A stretch of 64,000 nt of DNA from Myxococcota bacterium. GTDB lineage: Bacteria > Myxococcota_A > UBA9160 > JAFDDA01. Within the stretch, counting starts at the first letter, position 1. Every line of letters starts with the position of its first letter. The stretch is taken from positions 3,200,001-3,264,000 of the forward strand of contig OZ245817.1 in the NCBI GenBank assembly GCA_965228475.1. The letters are read 5' to 3'. Below are positions 48,174 through 56,570 of this stretch, piece by piece. A program made the translations under genes and the position numbers. Under the pieces are notes generated by a model. That model had not been told where the DNA came from, ran no database searches, and worked only from the letters and a program-made list of their open reading frames with translations.

Positions 48174-49334
48174 TTGGTGAAGTCCGCGATCCGGCCGGCC
48201 CGGGTACGCCGCATCCTCGAGCGCACGCTCGAGAACCCGACGGCGCCGTACCGCGAAGGCTGCGTGATCGGCTGGGTGCGCGAGTTCATCGAGGGCTGCG
48301 AGCACCTTCGCCTGCGCGAGGACGCCGACGGGAACCTCTACGTGAGCCGGCGCGGGGTGCGCGCGAGCCGCCGGCCTCTCGTCCTCGCCGCGCACATGGA
48401 CCATCCGGGGTTCCGGGCGATCCGCTCGAAGCCCGCCCGCGGCGGCCACCGGGTCGAGGCACTCTTCCTCGGTGGGGTCCGGCCTTCCTACTTTCCCGGA
48501 GCGCGCGTGCGCTTCCACACCGAGCTCGAGAGCGGCGGCCGCGGCGTGGCAGCCCGGGTCCGCAGCACGAAGCCGGACCCGCGCAGCGGCGAGCAGCGCG
48601 TCGTGCTCGATGCGCGTGCGCCCGTTCCCGCCGGCGCCTTCGGAACCTGGGACCTGCCGGGCTTCCGCATCTCGCGCCGCAACCCGGACCTCGTCGAGAC
48701 CCGCGCCGCGGACGATCTCGCCGGCCTGGCGGGCATCCTCACCGTCCTCGAGGCGGCCGACACCATCGACCCGAAGCGCCGCGTCGACGTCCGCGCGCTC
48801 TTCACGCGCGCCGAGGAGGTCGGCTTCGTCGGTGCCCTGGCCGTCGCCAAGGGACGGCGCATCCCGAAGGGCTCGCGCATCGTGGCGGTCGAGGCCAGCA
48901 AGGCGCTCGTGAACGCACGCCAGGGGGACGGGCCGATCCTCCGCGTGGGCGACCGCACGAGCCTCTTCGACGACCGGCTCACGCGCTGGGCCGCGGGCGT
49001 CGGGACGGCCCTCGAGGGCCGCGGCCGCTTCCGCTTTCAGCGAAAGCTCATGGACGGCGGCGCCTGCGAAGCCACCGCGCTGCAGCAGTACGGCTACCGC
49101 TGCATCGGCATGTGCCTGCCGCTCGGCAACTACCACAACATGAGCGAGCGCGGCCGCATCGCAGTCGAGACCATCCGGCTCTCGGACCAGGTCGGCCTCG
49201 TGCGCTTCTTCGAAGGCCTCGTGCGTGCCGGCGGCGACGCCCCGCGCCCCGGCAGCCCCGACCCGCTGCGCAAACGGCTCGACCGCATCCACGCGCGAGG
49301 ACGCAAGGAACTCGCGCGCGACCCGTTCGCGTGA
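48174..49334 (+). CDS. M20/M42-type metallopeptidase
   Basis: AHMDHPG, ADDLAG, AEEVG, GGACE, YHN. Confidence 0.8.
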   Translation: MVKSAIRPARVRRILERTLENPTAPYREGCVIGWVREFIEGCEHLRLREDADGNLYVSRRGVRASRRPLVLAAHMDHPGFRAIRSKPARGGHRVEALFLGGVRPSYFPGARVRFHTELESGGRGVAARVRSTKPDPRSGEQRVVLDARAPVPAGAFGTWDLPGFRISRRNPDLVETRAADDLAGLAGILTVLEAADTIDPKRRVDVRALFTRAEEVGFVGALAVAKGRRIPKGSRIVAVEASKALVNARQGDGPILRVGDRTSLFDDRLTRWAAGVGTALEGRGRFRFQRKLMDGGACEATALQQYGYRCIGMCLPLGNYHNMSERGRIAVETIRLSDQVGLVRFFEGLVRAGGDAPRPGSPDPLRKRLDRIHARGRKELARDPFA

Positions 49335-49353
49335 GCAAGACAAGGCTCATACG

Positions 49354-49590
49354 ATGAAGGCGCTGCGTTCCCTGCTCCTGATGATGGGGCTCTCGCTGGC
49401 CTTCGGCCTGGTCCTAGGAACCTGCGTCCGGCGGGGCGCCGAGGCGCCCGTCCGCTACATCGGCGAACGCGAGGCGCCCGGGGCCTCAGCCCTTGCGGCC
49501 GGTCCAGGGCACGTCGGGCACGCCGGCCCGGCGGTTCTCGACGCGCGCCATCACGAACAGCAGGTCCGAGAGCCGGTTCACGTAGCGTAG
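49354..49590 (+). CDS. Possible small membrane protein
   Basis: MKALRSLLLMMGLSLAFGLVLGTCVRR single TM; 3' end overlaps the convergent gene by about 105 nt. Confidence 0.4.
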   Translation: MKALRSLLLMMGLSLAFGLVLGTCVRRGAEAPVRYIGEREAPGASALAAGPGHVGHAGPAVLDARHHEQQVREPVHVA

Positions 49591-50043
49591 GGCGACCGGG
49601 TCGAGCTCGTCTTCCCGCGCCAGGGCCACCGCTTCCCGCTCGGCCCTGCGGCACACCGTGCGCGCCTGATGGAACGCCGCCGCCGCGGCCGTTCCGCCCG
49701 GCAGCACGAAGGTCTTCAACGGCTCGAGCTCGCCTTCGAGCGCGTCGATCTGCTGCTCGAGCGCCACCACGTCCTCTTCGCTCGGGGCCGGGACGTCGTA
49801 CTTCTCGCGGTGGGCGGGGTCCGGCGTCGCGAGGTGCGCGCCGAGATCGAACAGTTCGCCCTGGATGCGGCGGCACGATGCCACGAGGTCCGCTTGGTCC
49901 GAGGCCGCGATCGCCACGCCGAGCACGGCGTTCAGCTCGTCGACGGCGCCGTAGGCCACGACGCGCTGGTCGTCCTTGCCGACCCGCTCGCCGCCGAACA
50001 GGTCGGTCTCACCGCCGTCTCCGCGCTTGGTGTAGACCTTCAT
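49486..50043 (-). CDS. Cob(I)alamin adenosyltransferase, PduO/MMAB type
   Basis: KVYTKRGDGGET, YGAVDELN, FVLPGG, RTVCRRAER, NRLSDLLF. Confidence 0.95.
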   Translation of the reverse strand: MKVYTKRGDGGETDLFGGERVGKDDQRVVAYGAVDELNAVLGVAIAASDQADLVASCRRIQGELFDLGAHLATPDPAHREKYDVPAPSEEDVVALEQQIDALEGELEPLKTFVLPGGTAAAAAFHQARTVCRRAEREAVALAREDELDPVALRYVNRLSDLLFVMARVENRRAGVPDVPWTGRKG

Positions 50044-50056
50044 GGTGGAGTCGCCG

Positions 50057-50515
50057 TCAGTCGGACGAGCGGCCGAGCTCCTCGTCGATCAGGCGTTCGA
50101 TCTCGGGATCGACGGGCGCCACCGCCGCCGCGGGCTCGGTCTTCGCCGAGGCCTGGGCCCCCTGCCGTCGCATGAAGACGAAGACGATCCCGCCTCCCAG
50201 AAAAGCCGCGAGCAGGGGAATCGCGTAGGCCATCAGGCCGAATCCCGTGGCTTCGGGGGCTTGGCGGATCTCGTCGCCGAACTCCGACAGGAGCTGCGAG
50301 TAGACGGCCTCGGGGTCCCGGCCCGCGGCCTCCTGACTCTCGATCCATTCCGCGAGATCAGCGGCCTGGGGGCTCGGGCAGTTGCGCAGCGTCCGGCCCG
50401 GGCAGTACGGGCTCATCAGCTCGTCGATCATCTCGCCGCTCCACGCCTCTTCGGCCGAAGCGAAGGCCGGAGCCGCGAGCGTGAAGAAGAGAAGCGCCGT
50501 CACGAGGAACCGCAT
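50057..50515 (-). CDS. CcmH/CycL-like cytochrome c biogenesis protein
   Basis: Signal peptide, LMSPYCPGRTLRNCPS, EFG, C-terminal TM. Confidence 0.7.
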   Translation of the reverse strand: MRFLVTALLFFTLAAPAFASAEEAWSGEMIDELMSPYCPGRTLRNCPSPQAADLAEWIESQEAAGRDPEAVYSQLLSEFGDEIRQAPEATGFGLMAYAIPLLAAFLGGGIVFVFMRRQGAQASAKTEPAAAVAPVDPEIERLIDEELGRSSD

Positions 50516-51420
50516 CAGATGTCCCAGTGCAGCTGGGGATCGTCTTCGTCCTCCCCCTGCTGCACGCGTTGGGCGGGCGGCTTGATCTGCACGCGCGTCC
50601 CCGCCGGCACCGACTCCGTCAGCCAGACGTTGCCGCCGATCACGCTCCCCGCGCCGATCACCGTGTCGCCGCCGAGGATCGTCGCCCCGGCGTAGATGGT
50701 GACGTCGTCCTCGAGGGTCGGGTGCCGCTTCTGGCCGCGGATCATCTTTCCGTCCGGGTCGCGCGGGAAGGAGAGCGCCCCGAGCGTCACGCCCTGGTAG
50801 AGCTTCACCCGGTCGCCGATCACCGTCGTCCCCCCGACCACGACGCCGGTGCCGTGGTCGATGAAGAAGCGCCGGCCGATACGCGCGCCGGGGTGGATGT
50901 CGATGCCATACCGGCAGTGGGCATGCTCGGTCATGATGCGCGGCAGGAGCGGCACGCCGAGCCCGTGAAGCTCGTGGGCCAGCCGCTGGATCGTGACGGC
51001 CTGGAGCGAGGGATAGGAAACCAGGATCTCGGCAAAGCTGCTCGCCGCCGGGTCGCCTTCGTAGGCCGCCTCGACGTCCTCGGCGATGAGCGCCCGGACG
51101 GCGGGCAGCCGCCCGAGGAAGCGGTCGGTGACGTCGCTCGGCGACGCCCCGACGCCCTCGGGAAGCTGCTCGAGCAGCGCCGCGAGGCGGTCGGCCAGGG
51201 TCGCGAGCTCGGAGCGCAGGGCGTACCGGTCGCGCTGGAGCAGCAGCACCTGCCGGACGCGGTCGGTCCAGAGGATCACGCCCTCGGGATCCGGAAATCC
51301 CTCGGCGATGGCCTTGGCGAGGGCGTCGTCGCCACCGCCGGCCAGGGCTTCGATGGTTTCATCGAGCACGGATTGCGAGAAGACCTCCGCGTGGTCCTGG
51401 AATCGACGGGCTTCCTGCAT
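50515..51420 (-). CDS. cysE: Serine O-acetyltransferase (CysE/EpsC type)
   Basis: GDPAA, GIDIHPGA, IDHGTG, YQGVTLG, KRHPT. Confidence 0.9.
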   Translation of the reverse strand: MQEARRFQDHAEVFSQSVLDETIEALAGGGDDALAKAIAEGFPDPEGVILWTDRVRQVLLLQRDRYALRSELATLADRLAALLEQLPEGVGASPSDVTDRFLGRLPAVRALIAEDVEAAYEGDPAASSFAEILVSYPSLQAVTIQRLAHELHGLGVPLLPRIMTEHAHCRYGIDIHPGARIGRRFFIDHGTGVVVGGTTVIGDRVKLYQGVTLGALSFPRDPDGKMIRGQKRHPTLEDDVTIYAGATILGGDTVIGAGSVIGGNVWLTESVPAGTRVQIKPPAQRVQQGEDEDDPQLHWDI

Positions 51421-51528
51421 GGGGCACTCCTGCCCATCCCCCGGAGAACGGCTCCGAGAGTGTAGCGAAGGGGCCGAAGCTGGCCGCCGCGGGGTGCCGG
51501 GGTGTTACGCTCGGGAGGGGGGACGGCC

Positions 51529-52467
51529 GTGGCGCTCGAAAACGAGTACTCCTGGTCGAAATCGCGGGACGGCAAGTTCCGGGAATGCCCGCGCGCGTAC
51601 TGGTTCCACTACTACGGCGCCTGGGGCGGCTGGAACGGCGACGCGCCCGATCGGGTCCAGACCCTCTACCGGCTGAAGAACCTGCGAAGCCGCCAGATGT
51701 GGGCGGGGGACGTCGTCCACCGCTGCATCGAGCGGGCGCTCAAGAACCTCCGCCGCGGGATCGAACCCATGGCCGCGGACGCCGCCATCGACGCCACGAT
51801 CCACACCATGCGCGACGAGTGGCGCCGCTCGCGCAGCGGCGCCGTGAAGGAGCGCCTGACCGAGCACGAGTACGACCTCCCGATCCCCGAGCTCGAGTGG
51901 CGGGACAACGCGGACCACGTGCGCCAGTGCCTGTGGAACTTCTACGCGTCCTCGAATTGGGAGACCCTGCGCAAGCTTCCGGCCGAGCGCTGGCTCGACA
52001 TCGAGAGCCTGGCCTCCTTCGTCTTCGAGGGGGCGAAGATCTTCGTGAAGCTCGACGTGGCCTACCGCGACGAAGCCGGCCGCGTCGTGATCATCGATTG
52101 GAAGACCGGCCGCGCTCCGGACCTCGACCACTCGATGCAGGTCGCCACCTACGCCCTCTACGCCGCCGAGGCCTTCGGCGGTGAGCCGAGCGACGTACGC
52201 ACCCGCCTGGCCCAGCTGGCCTCGGGCTCGAACGAGGACGTGACCCTCTCGGCCCAGGCGCTCGAATCCGCCCTCTCGCGCATCCGCGCGAGCATCCGCG
52301 ACATGCGCGAGGCCCTGGCCGACCCCGAGGCCAACCTCGCCCGCGAGGAGGACTTCCCGGCGATCGACCAGCCGCGGATCTGCCGCCGCTGCTCCTTCCG
52401 CCGGGTGTGTCAGGAGGAGGGAATCATCGCGCCGCTGCCCGGCCCGTCGGGGAACGGTTCCCTATGA
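51529..52467 (+). CDS. PD-(D/E)XK nuclease (Cas4/AddB/RecB-like) with 4-Cys Fe-S motif, copy 1
   Basis: ECPR, GDVVH, IES, LD, IIDWKTG, QVATY, CRRCSFRRVC. Confidence 0.88.
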   Translation: MALENEYSWSKSRDGKFRECPRAYWFHYYGAWGGWNGDAPDRVQTLYRLKNLRSRQMWAGDVVHRCIERALKNLRRGIEPMAADAAIDATIHTMRDEWRRSRSGAVKERLTEHEYDLPIPELEWRDNADHVRQCLWNFYASSNWETLRKLPAERWLDIESLASFVFEGAKIFVKLDVAYRDEAGRVVIIDWKTGRAPDLDHSMQVATYALYAAEAFGGEPSDVRTRLAQLASGSNEDVTLSAQALESALSRIRASIRDMREALADPEANLAREEDFPAIDQPRICRRCSFRRVCQEEGIIAPLPGPSGNGSL

Positions 52468-53336
52468 TGCGGAGCGTGGGCAAGATCTACAGCCACTCCC
52501 GCATCTCCACCTTCGAGAACTGCCGCCGCCAGTTCCGCTACCGCTACGTCGACCAGATCCCCGTCGAGACCGACGGCATCGAGGCCTTCATGGGCAAGCT
52601 CGTCCATGCCGTCGCCGAGAAGCTGAACCTCGTGACGGCCGCCGGGCAGGTGCCCTCGCTCGGCGCCGTCCTCAAGCGTTTCAACAAGATGTGGGACGAG
52701 AGCTTCGACGCGAGCCGCATCCGCATCGCCCGCGAAGGGATGGAGCCCGAGCACTACCGCGCCACCGGCGAGCGCTGCACGGAGAACCTCTACCGCAGCC
52801 ACTACCCCTTCGACGAAGGCGAGTCCGTCGGCATCGAAGAGCCCGTCCGCTTCGACCTCGACGCCGAGGGCCGCTACCGCCTGCGCGGCGTCGTCGACCG
52901 CATCGTACGCAAGGGCGAGACTATCGAGATCCACGACTACAAGACCGGCGCCCGCGTCCCGAGCCAGGCCCGCATCGACAAGGACCGCCAGCTCGCCCTC
53001 TACCAGATGGCGATCGAGGAACGCTTCCCGGACCAGCCCGTCGAGCTCGTCTGGCACTACCTCGCCCAGAACCAGGTGCGCCGCTCGCGGCGGACCCCGG
53101 AGCAGCTCGAGGCGCTGCGCCGCGAGACGATCGACCGCATCGACCAGATCGAAGCCGAGGTCGAATACAAGGCCACGCCGAGCGGCCTCTGCCCCTGGTG
53201 CGAGTACAACACCCGCTGCGAGGCCGGCCGCGAGCGGCTCGGCATCACGACCCCGCCGCCGCCCGACCCGCCGCCGAAGGCCTCGCGCGCCGCGAAGCCG
53301 CCGGCGGACGAGGGGCAGCTCTCCCTCTTCTCCTGA
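52464..53336 (+). CDS. PD-(D/E)XK nuclease (Cas4/AddB/RecB-like) with 4-Cys Fe-S motif, copy 2
   Basis: SHSR..NC, GKLVH, IEE, VDRI, HDYKTG, QLALY, CPWCEYNTRC; ATGA overlap with copy 1. Confidence 0.9.
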   Translation: MMRSVGKIYSHSRISTFENCRRQFRYRYVDQIPVETDGIEAFMGKLVHAVAEKLNLVTAAGQVPSLGAVLKRFNKMWDESFDASRIRIAREGMEPEHYRATGERCTENLYRSHYPFDEGESVGIEEPVRFDLDAEGRYRLRGVVDRIVRKGETIEIHDYKTGARVPSQARIDKDRQLALYQMAIEERFPDQPVELVWHYLAQNQVRRSRRTPEQLEALRRETIDRIDQIEAEVEYKATPSGLCPWCEYNTRCEAGRERLGITTPPPPDPPPKASRAAKPPADEGQLSLFS

Positions 53337-53355
53337 GCTTGCTAGCCTTCCGGCC

Positions 53356-54114
53356 ATGGCACTCCGCATCGAACGCATCCCGACCTTCGGCGACAACTAC
53401 ACCTATCTGATCCAGTGCGAGGAGACGGGCGAAGCCGCCGTCGTGGACGCCCCCGAGGACGCGCCGGTGATCGCGCGCGCCGAGGCCACGGGCGCCCGGG
53501 TGACGAAGATCCTCTCGACCCACCATCACCCGGACCACTCGATGGCGAACCCGAAGCTCGCCGAGCACTTCGGCGCGCCGGTCTACGGACACGTCTCGGA
53601 CGAGGGGCGCATGCCGGGGATGACCGACACGCTCGAAGAAGGCGACACGGTGAGCGTCGGGAACTCGACGGCGCGCATCCTCCACATCCCCGCGCACACG
53701 ACGGGCCACATCGCCTACGTCTTCGACGAAGACCGGGCGCTCTTCTCCGGCGACACGCTCTTCGCCGGCGGCTGCGGGCGTCTCTTCGAAGGCACGCCCG
53801 AGATGATGTACACGGCGCTGGTGGAGAAGCTGGGCTCGCTGCCCGACGACATGCGCGTCTTCTGCGGCCACGAGTACACCGAGAGCAACCTCGTCTTCGC
53901 CGTGCACGCCGAGCCCGACAACGCGGCGGCCGCCGAGAAGCTCGAGCGCGTGCGGAAGATCCGCGCGAACAAGGCCGAGGACTGGCACGACGCCACCGAA
54001 GCCGAGATGACCATCCCCTCGACCCTCGCCGAGGAGCGCGCCACCAACCCGTTCATGCGCGCGCGCGACGCGGCCGACCTCGGCCGGCTGCGCAAGATGA
54101 AGGACGACTTCTAG
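53356..54114 (+). CDS. gloB: Hydroxyacylglutathione hydrolase (glyoxalase II)
   Basis: DNY, THHHPDH, HTTGH, GDTLFAGGCGRLFEG, GHEYT, TNPFMR. Confidence 0.92.
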   Translation: MALRIERIPTFGDNYTYLIQCEETGEAAVVDAPEDAPVIARAEATGARVTKILSTHHHPDHSMANPKLAEHFGAPVYGHVSDEGRMPGMTDTLEEGDTVSVGNSTARILHIPAHTTGHIAYVFDEDRALFSGDTLFAGGCGRLFEGTPEMMYTALVEKLGSLPDDMRVFCGHEYTESNLVFAVHAEPDNAAAAEKLERVRKIRANKAEDWHDATEAEMTIPSTLAEERATNPFMRARDAADLGRLRKMKDDF

Positions 54115-54578
54115 CGGAAGATCGAGCCCAAGGTGCGGCGCAGGCCGCCCTGGAGTTGGTCCTCGGTCCAGGCGGTGACGCGCTGGATGGTCTCGAGGGC
54201 GTCGTTCTTGCCCGGCCAGTGCGAACGCACGACGTCCGGATGCACCCGGTTCAGCATGCGCGAGAGCGCCGTCCCGACGATCAGCAGGTCGTCGATGAAG
54301 CCGATCGGGCCGAGCAGGATCTCCGGCAGGATGTCGAGGGGCGAGAGCACGTAGCCGATGCCGAGCAGCGCGATGCCCTTCGAGCCGACGGGCACGCGCT
54401 CGTCGCGCAGGAGGCGCATCAGGAGCACGGTCAGGTCCGGTAGGAGCAGCATGAGATCGAGCAGCCCCGTCTCGACGGAACTCGGCTCGGCCACCTGGGC
54501 GCGCAGCCGGTCGTAGAGGCGGCGCTCGCTCGGGTTGAGCTCGATCGTGACGTGGCCGTCGGCGGCCTGGCTGCTCAT
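54111..54578 (-). CDS. DUF1232/YkvA family membrane protein
   Basis: YVLSPLDILPE, GFIDD. Confidence 0.85.
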   Translation of the reverse strand: MSSQAADGHVTIELNPSERRLYDRLRAQVAEPSSVETGLLDLMLLLPDLTVLLMRLLRDERVPVGSKGIALLGIGYVLSPLDILPEILLGPIGFIDDLLIVGTALSRMLNRVHPDVVRSHWPGKNDALETIQRVTAWTEDQLQGGLRRTLGSIFR

Positions 54579-55099
54579 CCGTCCTCCGCTCCCGTCGGTT
54601 CTACGGCCCAGCCGACCCGCCGGTTCCCCCCATCATAGGCGGCCACGAGGAAAACCGGTTCCTCGTCGGAGAAGGCCATGGGCAGGAGTTCCCGCACGTC
54701 CTCGACGAGAGGGAGTTCCCCCAACCCCGTCAAGGGTTTCCAGGCCACCTCGTGGCCCGGGCCGGGCTGCAGCTCCCTCGTTGCACTCTCCCCGGCGAAC
54801 ACGAAGACGACGTGGGCCTCGCCGAGGAGGCCGGACTCGTGGATCACGACGCGCAGCCGCAGGCCCGGCACGTCGAGCCCGGCTTCCTCGCGGAGTTCGC
54901 GGCGGGCCGCGGCGAGCACGCCCTCCCCCGCCTCGACGTGTCCCCCGATGCCGTTCCACAGACCGGGGAAGCGGGCGTTCGTTTCCGGGTTGCGGATCAG
55001 GAGCACGTCGTCGCCGTGGCGCACGAACGCCACCGTCACGAGATGCGCGCTGTGACGCGCTCCATCCGGCTTCGGCGGCCCGCCTCTGCTACCGGCCAC
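54575..55099 (-). CDS. NUDIX hydrolase
   Basis: GGHVEAGEGVLAAARRELREEAGL Nudix box; start estimated. Confidence 0.88.
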   Translation of the reverse strand: MAGSRGGPPKPDGARHSAHLVTVAFVRHGDDVLLIRNPETNARFPGLWNGIGGHVEAGEGVLAAARRELREEAGLDVPGLRLRVVIHESGLLGEAHVVFVFAGESATRELQPGPGHEVAWKPLTGLGELPLVEDVRELLPMAFSDEEPVFLVAAYDGGNRRVGWAVEPTGAEDG

Positions 55100-56570
55100 C
55101 GCGACCGCCGGCCACCGACGGCGGCGTGACGACGCCGACGAGCGCCCGCCCCTCGGCCTCGGGCACGACGACGCCGAGCGCGTAGGCAACGGTCGGTGCG
55201 ACGTCGATCTGGCGCATCTCCGGGATCCGGAGCGCGGGCCGGACGCCGGCGCCCCAGGCGACGAAGGCCGTCCGGTGCGGGAACCCTTCCGCCGGTGTGA
55301 AGGAACCCGCCGCACCTCGCGTCCGTGCGGGCAGCAGCAGCTGCCGCTCGGCGAGCCCCTCCGCGAAGCGGTGACCGGGCAGCGCCTCGAGCCCGAACCA
55401 GGCGCGACGGTCCGCACCGAGCGCGAGGAGTTCCTCGGCCGGAACGATGCGGAAGGCTCCGCTCCACTCCGCCGCTTCGGCGAGGGCGCGACGCGCGAGC
55501 AGGGCCGCCTCCTCGTCGTCGGCATACACGAGGGCGGAACCGCCGGCCGCGCGGGCCACCGCTTCCCAGCGCCGGATGCTGCCGTCCGCTGCCGGCACGA
55601 GCAGGCCCGCGGCCTCGAGCGCCACGTTGGCCTGGATGCGGGTGTGGACGGGGCGCACCGGGCCGTCGCCGGCGACGAAGAAGGCGCTCCGGGCGAGCGC
55701 CCCGGAGCCCGCGAGGCACGTCATCAACCGGGCGAGTTCCCGGTCGACCTGGGCGAAGGCCGCGCGGGCTTCCTCGCTGTCCGGACCGAAGCGCGCGAGC
55801 TGGGGCCACGCCTGGGACCAGCGAAGCAGCAACAGGCGCGGCGCCGCCTCGCCGGTGAGCACGTGGCACGCGACCTCCGTGAGCATGCGGTCGCGAACCG
55901 GGCCCGGGAAGCCCGCCTCGGGCGCGGCAGCGCCACTCTCCTCGATCCAGGCCGCGAGCGAGGGGGTCGCGACCCCTTCGAGCAGGGCCGGCCAGGACTC
56001 CCCGCGCCGGGTGGGATGGATCTCCGGCAGGAGCCAGTCCGCCGCGGCCCCGACGGAGGTCGGCCAGCCGACCCCCGCGGTGAGCAGGCCCGCGCCGCGC
56101 GCGGCGCTCCAGAGCGTCGGCCCGCGAACGGCCGAGGCCTCGCGCACGAGCTCCGCCGAGGCACCGTTCGGCCCGAGGCGGTGGTCTCCGCCGAGGCCGT
56201 GGCTCGCCGGGGACCGCCCGGTGAGGAGGGTCGCGTGGGCGACGCCCGGCGTCGCCGGCGCGGCGGGAACGAGTCCGTCGGCGACGGCCCCCGCGGCCGC
56301 CATGGCGGAGAGGCGGGGGAACGGGCCTTCCGGGCCGAGCCGGTCCGGCGTGAGGCCGGTGATCCCGATGAGGAGAACGTGGGCCGGCGCCCCGCGCTCG
56401 GGCTCCGGGAGGCGTGCTTCGCCACCTGCCGCCGGGCTCGCTTCAGCGGCAGGGGCGCGGTCAGGCCCGTCCGAACGCGGCGCAGCGCCGGCACAGCCGA
56501 GCCAGAGGCAGCAGGCGAACCCCACCCCGAAGAGCCGGCGCACGGAGCCCGGACCGCGGCGCGAGCTCAC
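55089..56570 (-). CDS. Alkaline phosphatase/NPP-fold lipoprotein, apparently lacking metal ligands
   Basis: Lipobox WLGC; HATLLTG..PASHG, VGWP, IDVAPTVA retained; GTGA overlap with patatin stop. Confidence 0.75.
   Translation of the reverse strand: MSSRRGPGSVRRLFGVGFACCLWLGCAGAAPRSDGPDRAPAAEASPAAGGEARLPEPERGAPAHVLLIGITGLTPDRLGPEGPFPRLSAMAAAGAVADGLVPAAPATPGVAHATLLTGRSPASHGLGGDHRLGPNGASAELVREASAVRGPTLWSAARGAGLLTAGVGWPTSVGAAADWLLPEIHPTRRGESWPALLEGVATPSLAAWIEESGAAAPEAGFPGPVRDRMLTEVACHVLTGEAAPRLLLLRWSQAWPQLARFGPDSEEARAAFAQVDRELARLMTCLAGSGALARSAFFVAGDGPVRPVHTRIQANVALEAAGLLVPAADGSIRRWEAVARAAGGSALVYADDEEAALLARRALAEAAEWSGAFRIVPAEELLALGADRRAWFGLEALPGHRFAEGLAERQLLLPARTRGAAGSFTPAEGFPHRTAFVAWGAGVRPALRIPEMRQIDVAPTVAYALGVVVPEAEGRALVGVVTPPSVAGGRGGR

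Noticed and set aside
51529..53336. CRISPR-Cas adaptation module
   Set aside because: No cas1/cas2 and no repeat-spacer array seen anywhere in the window.
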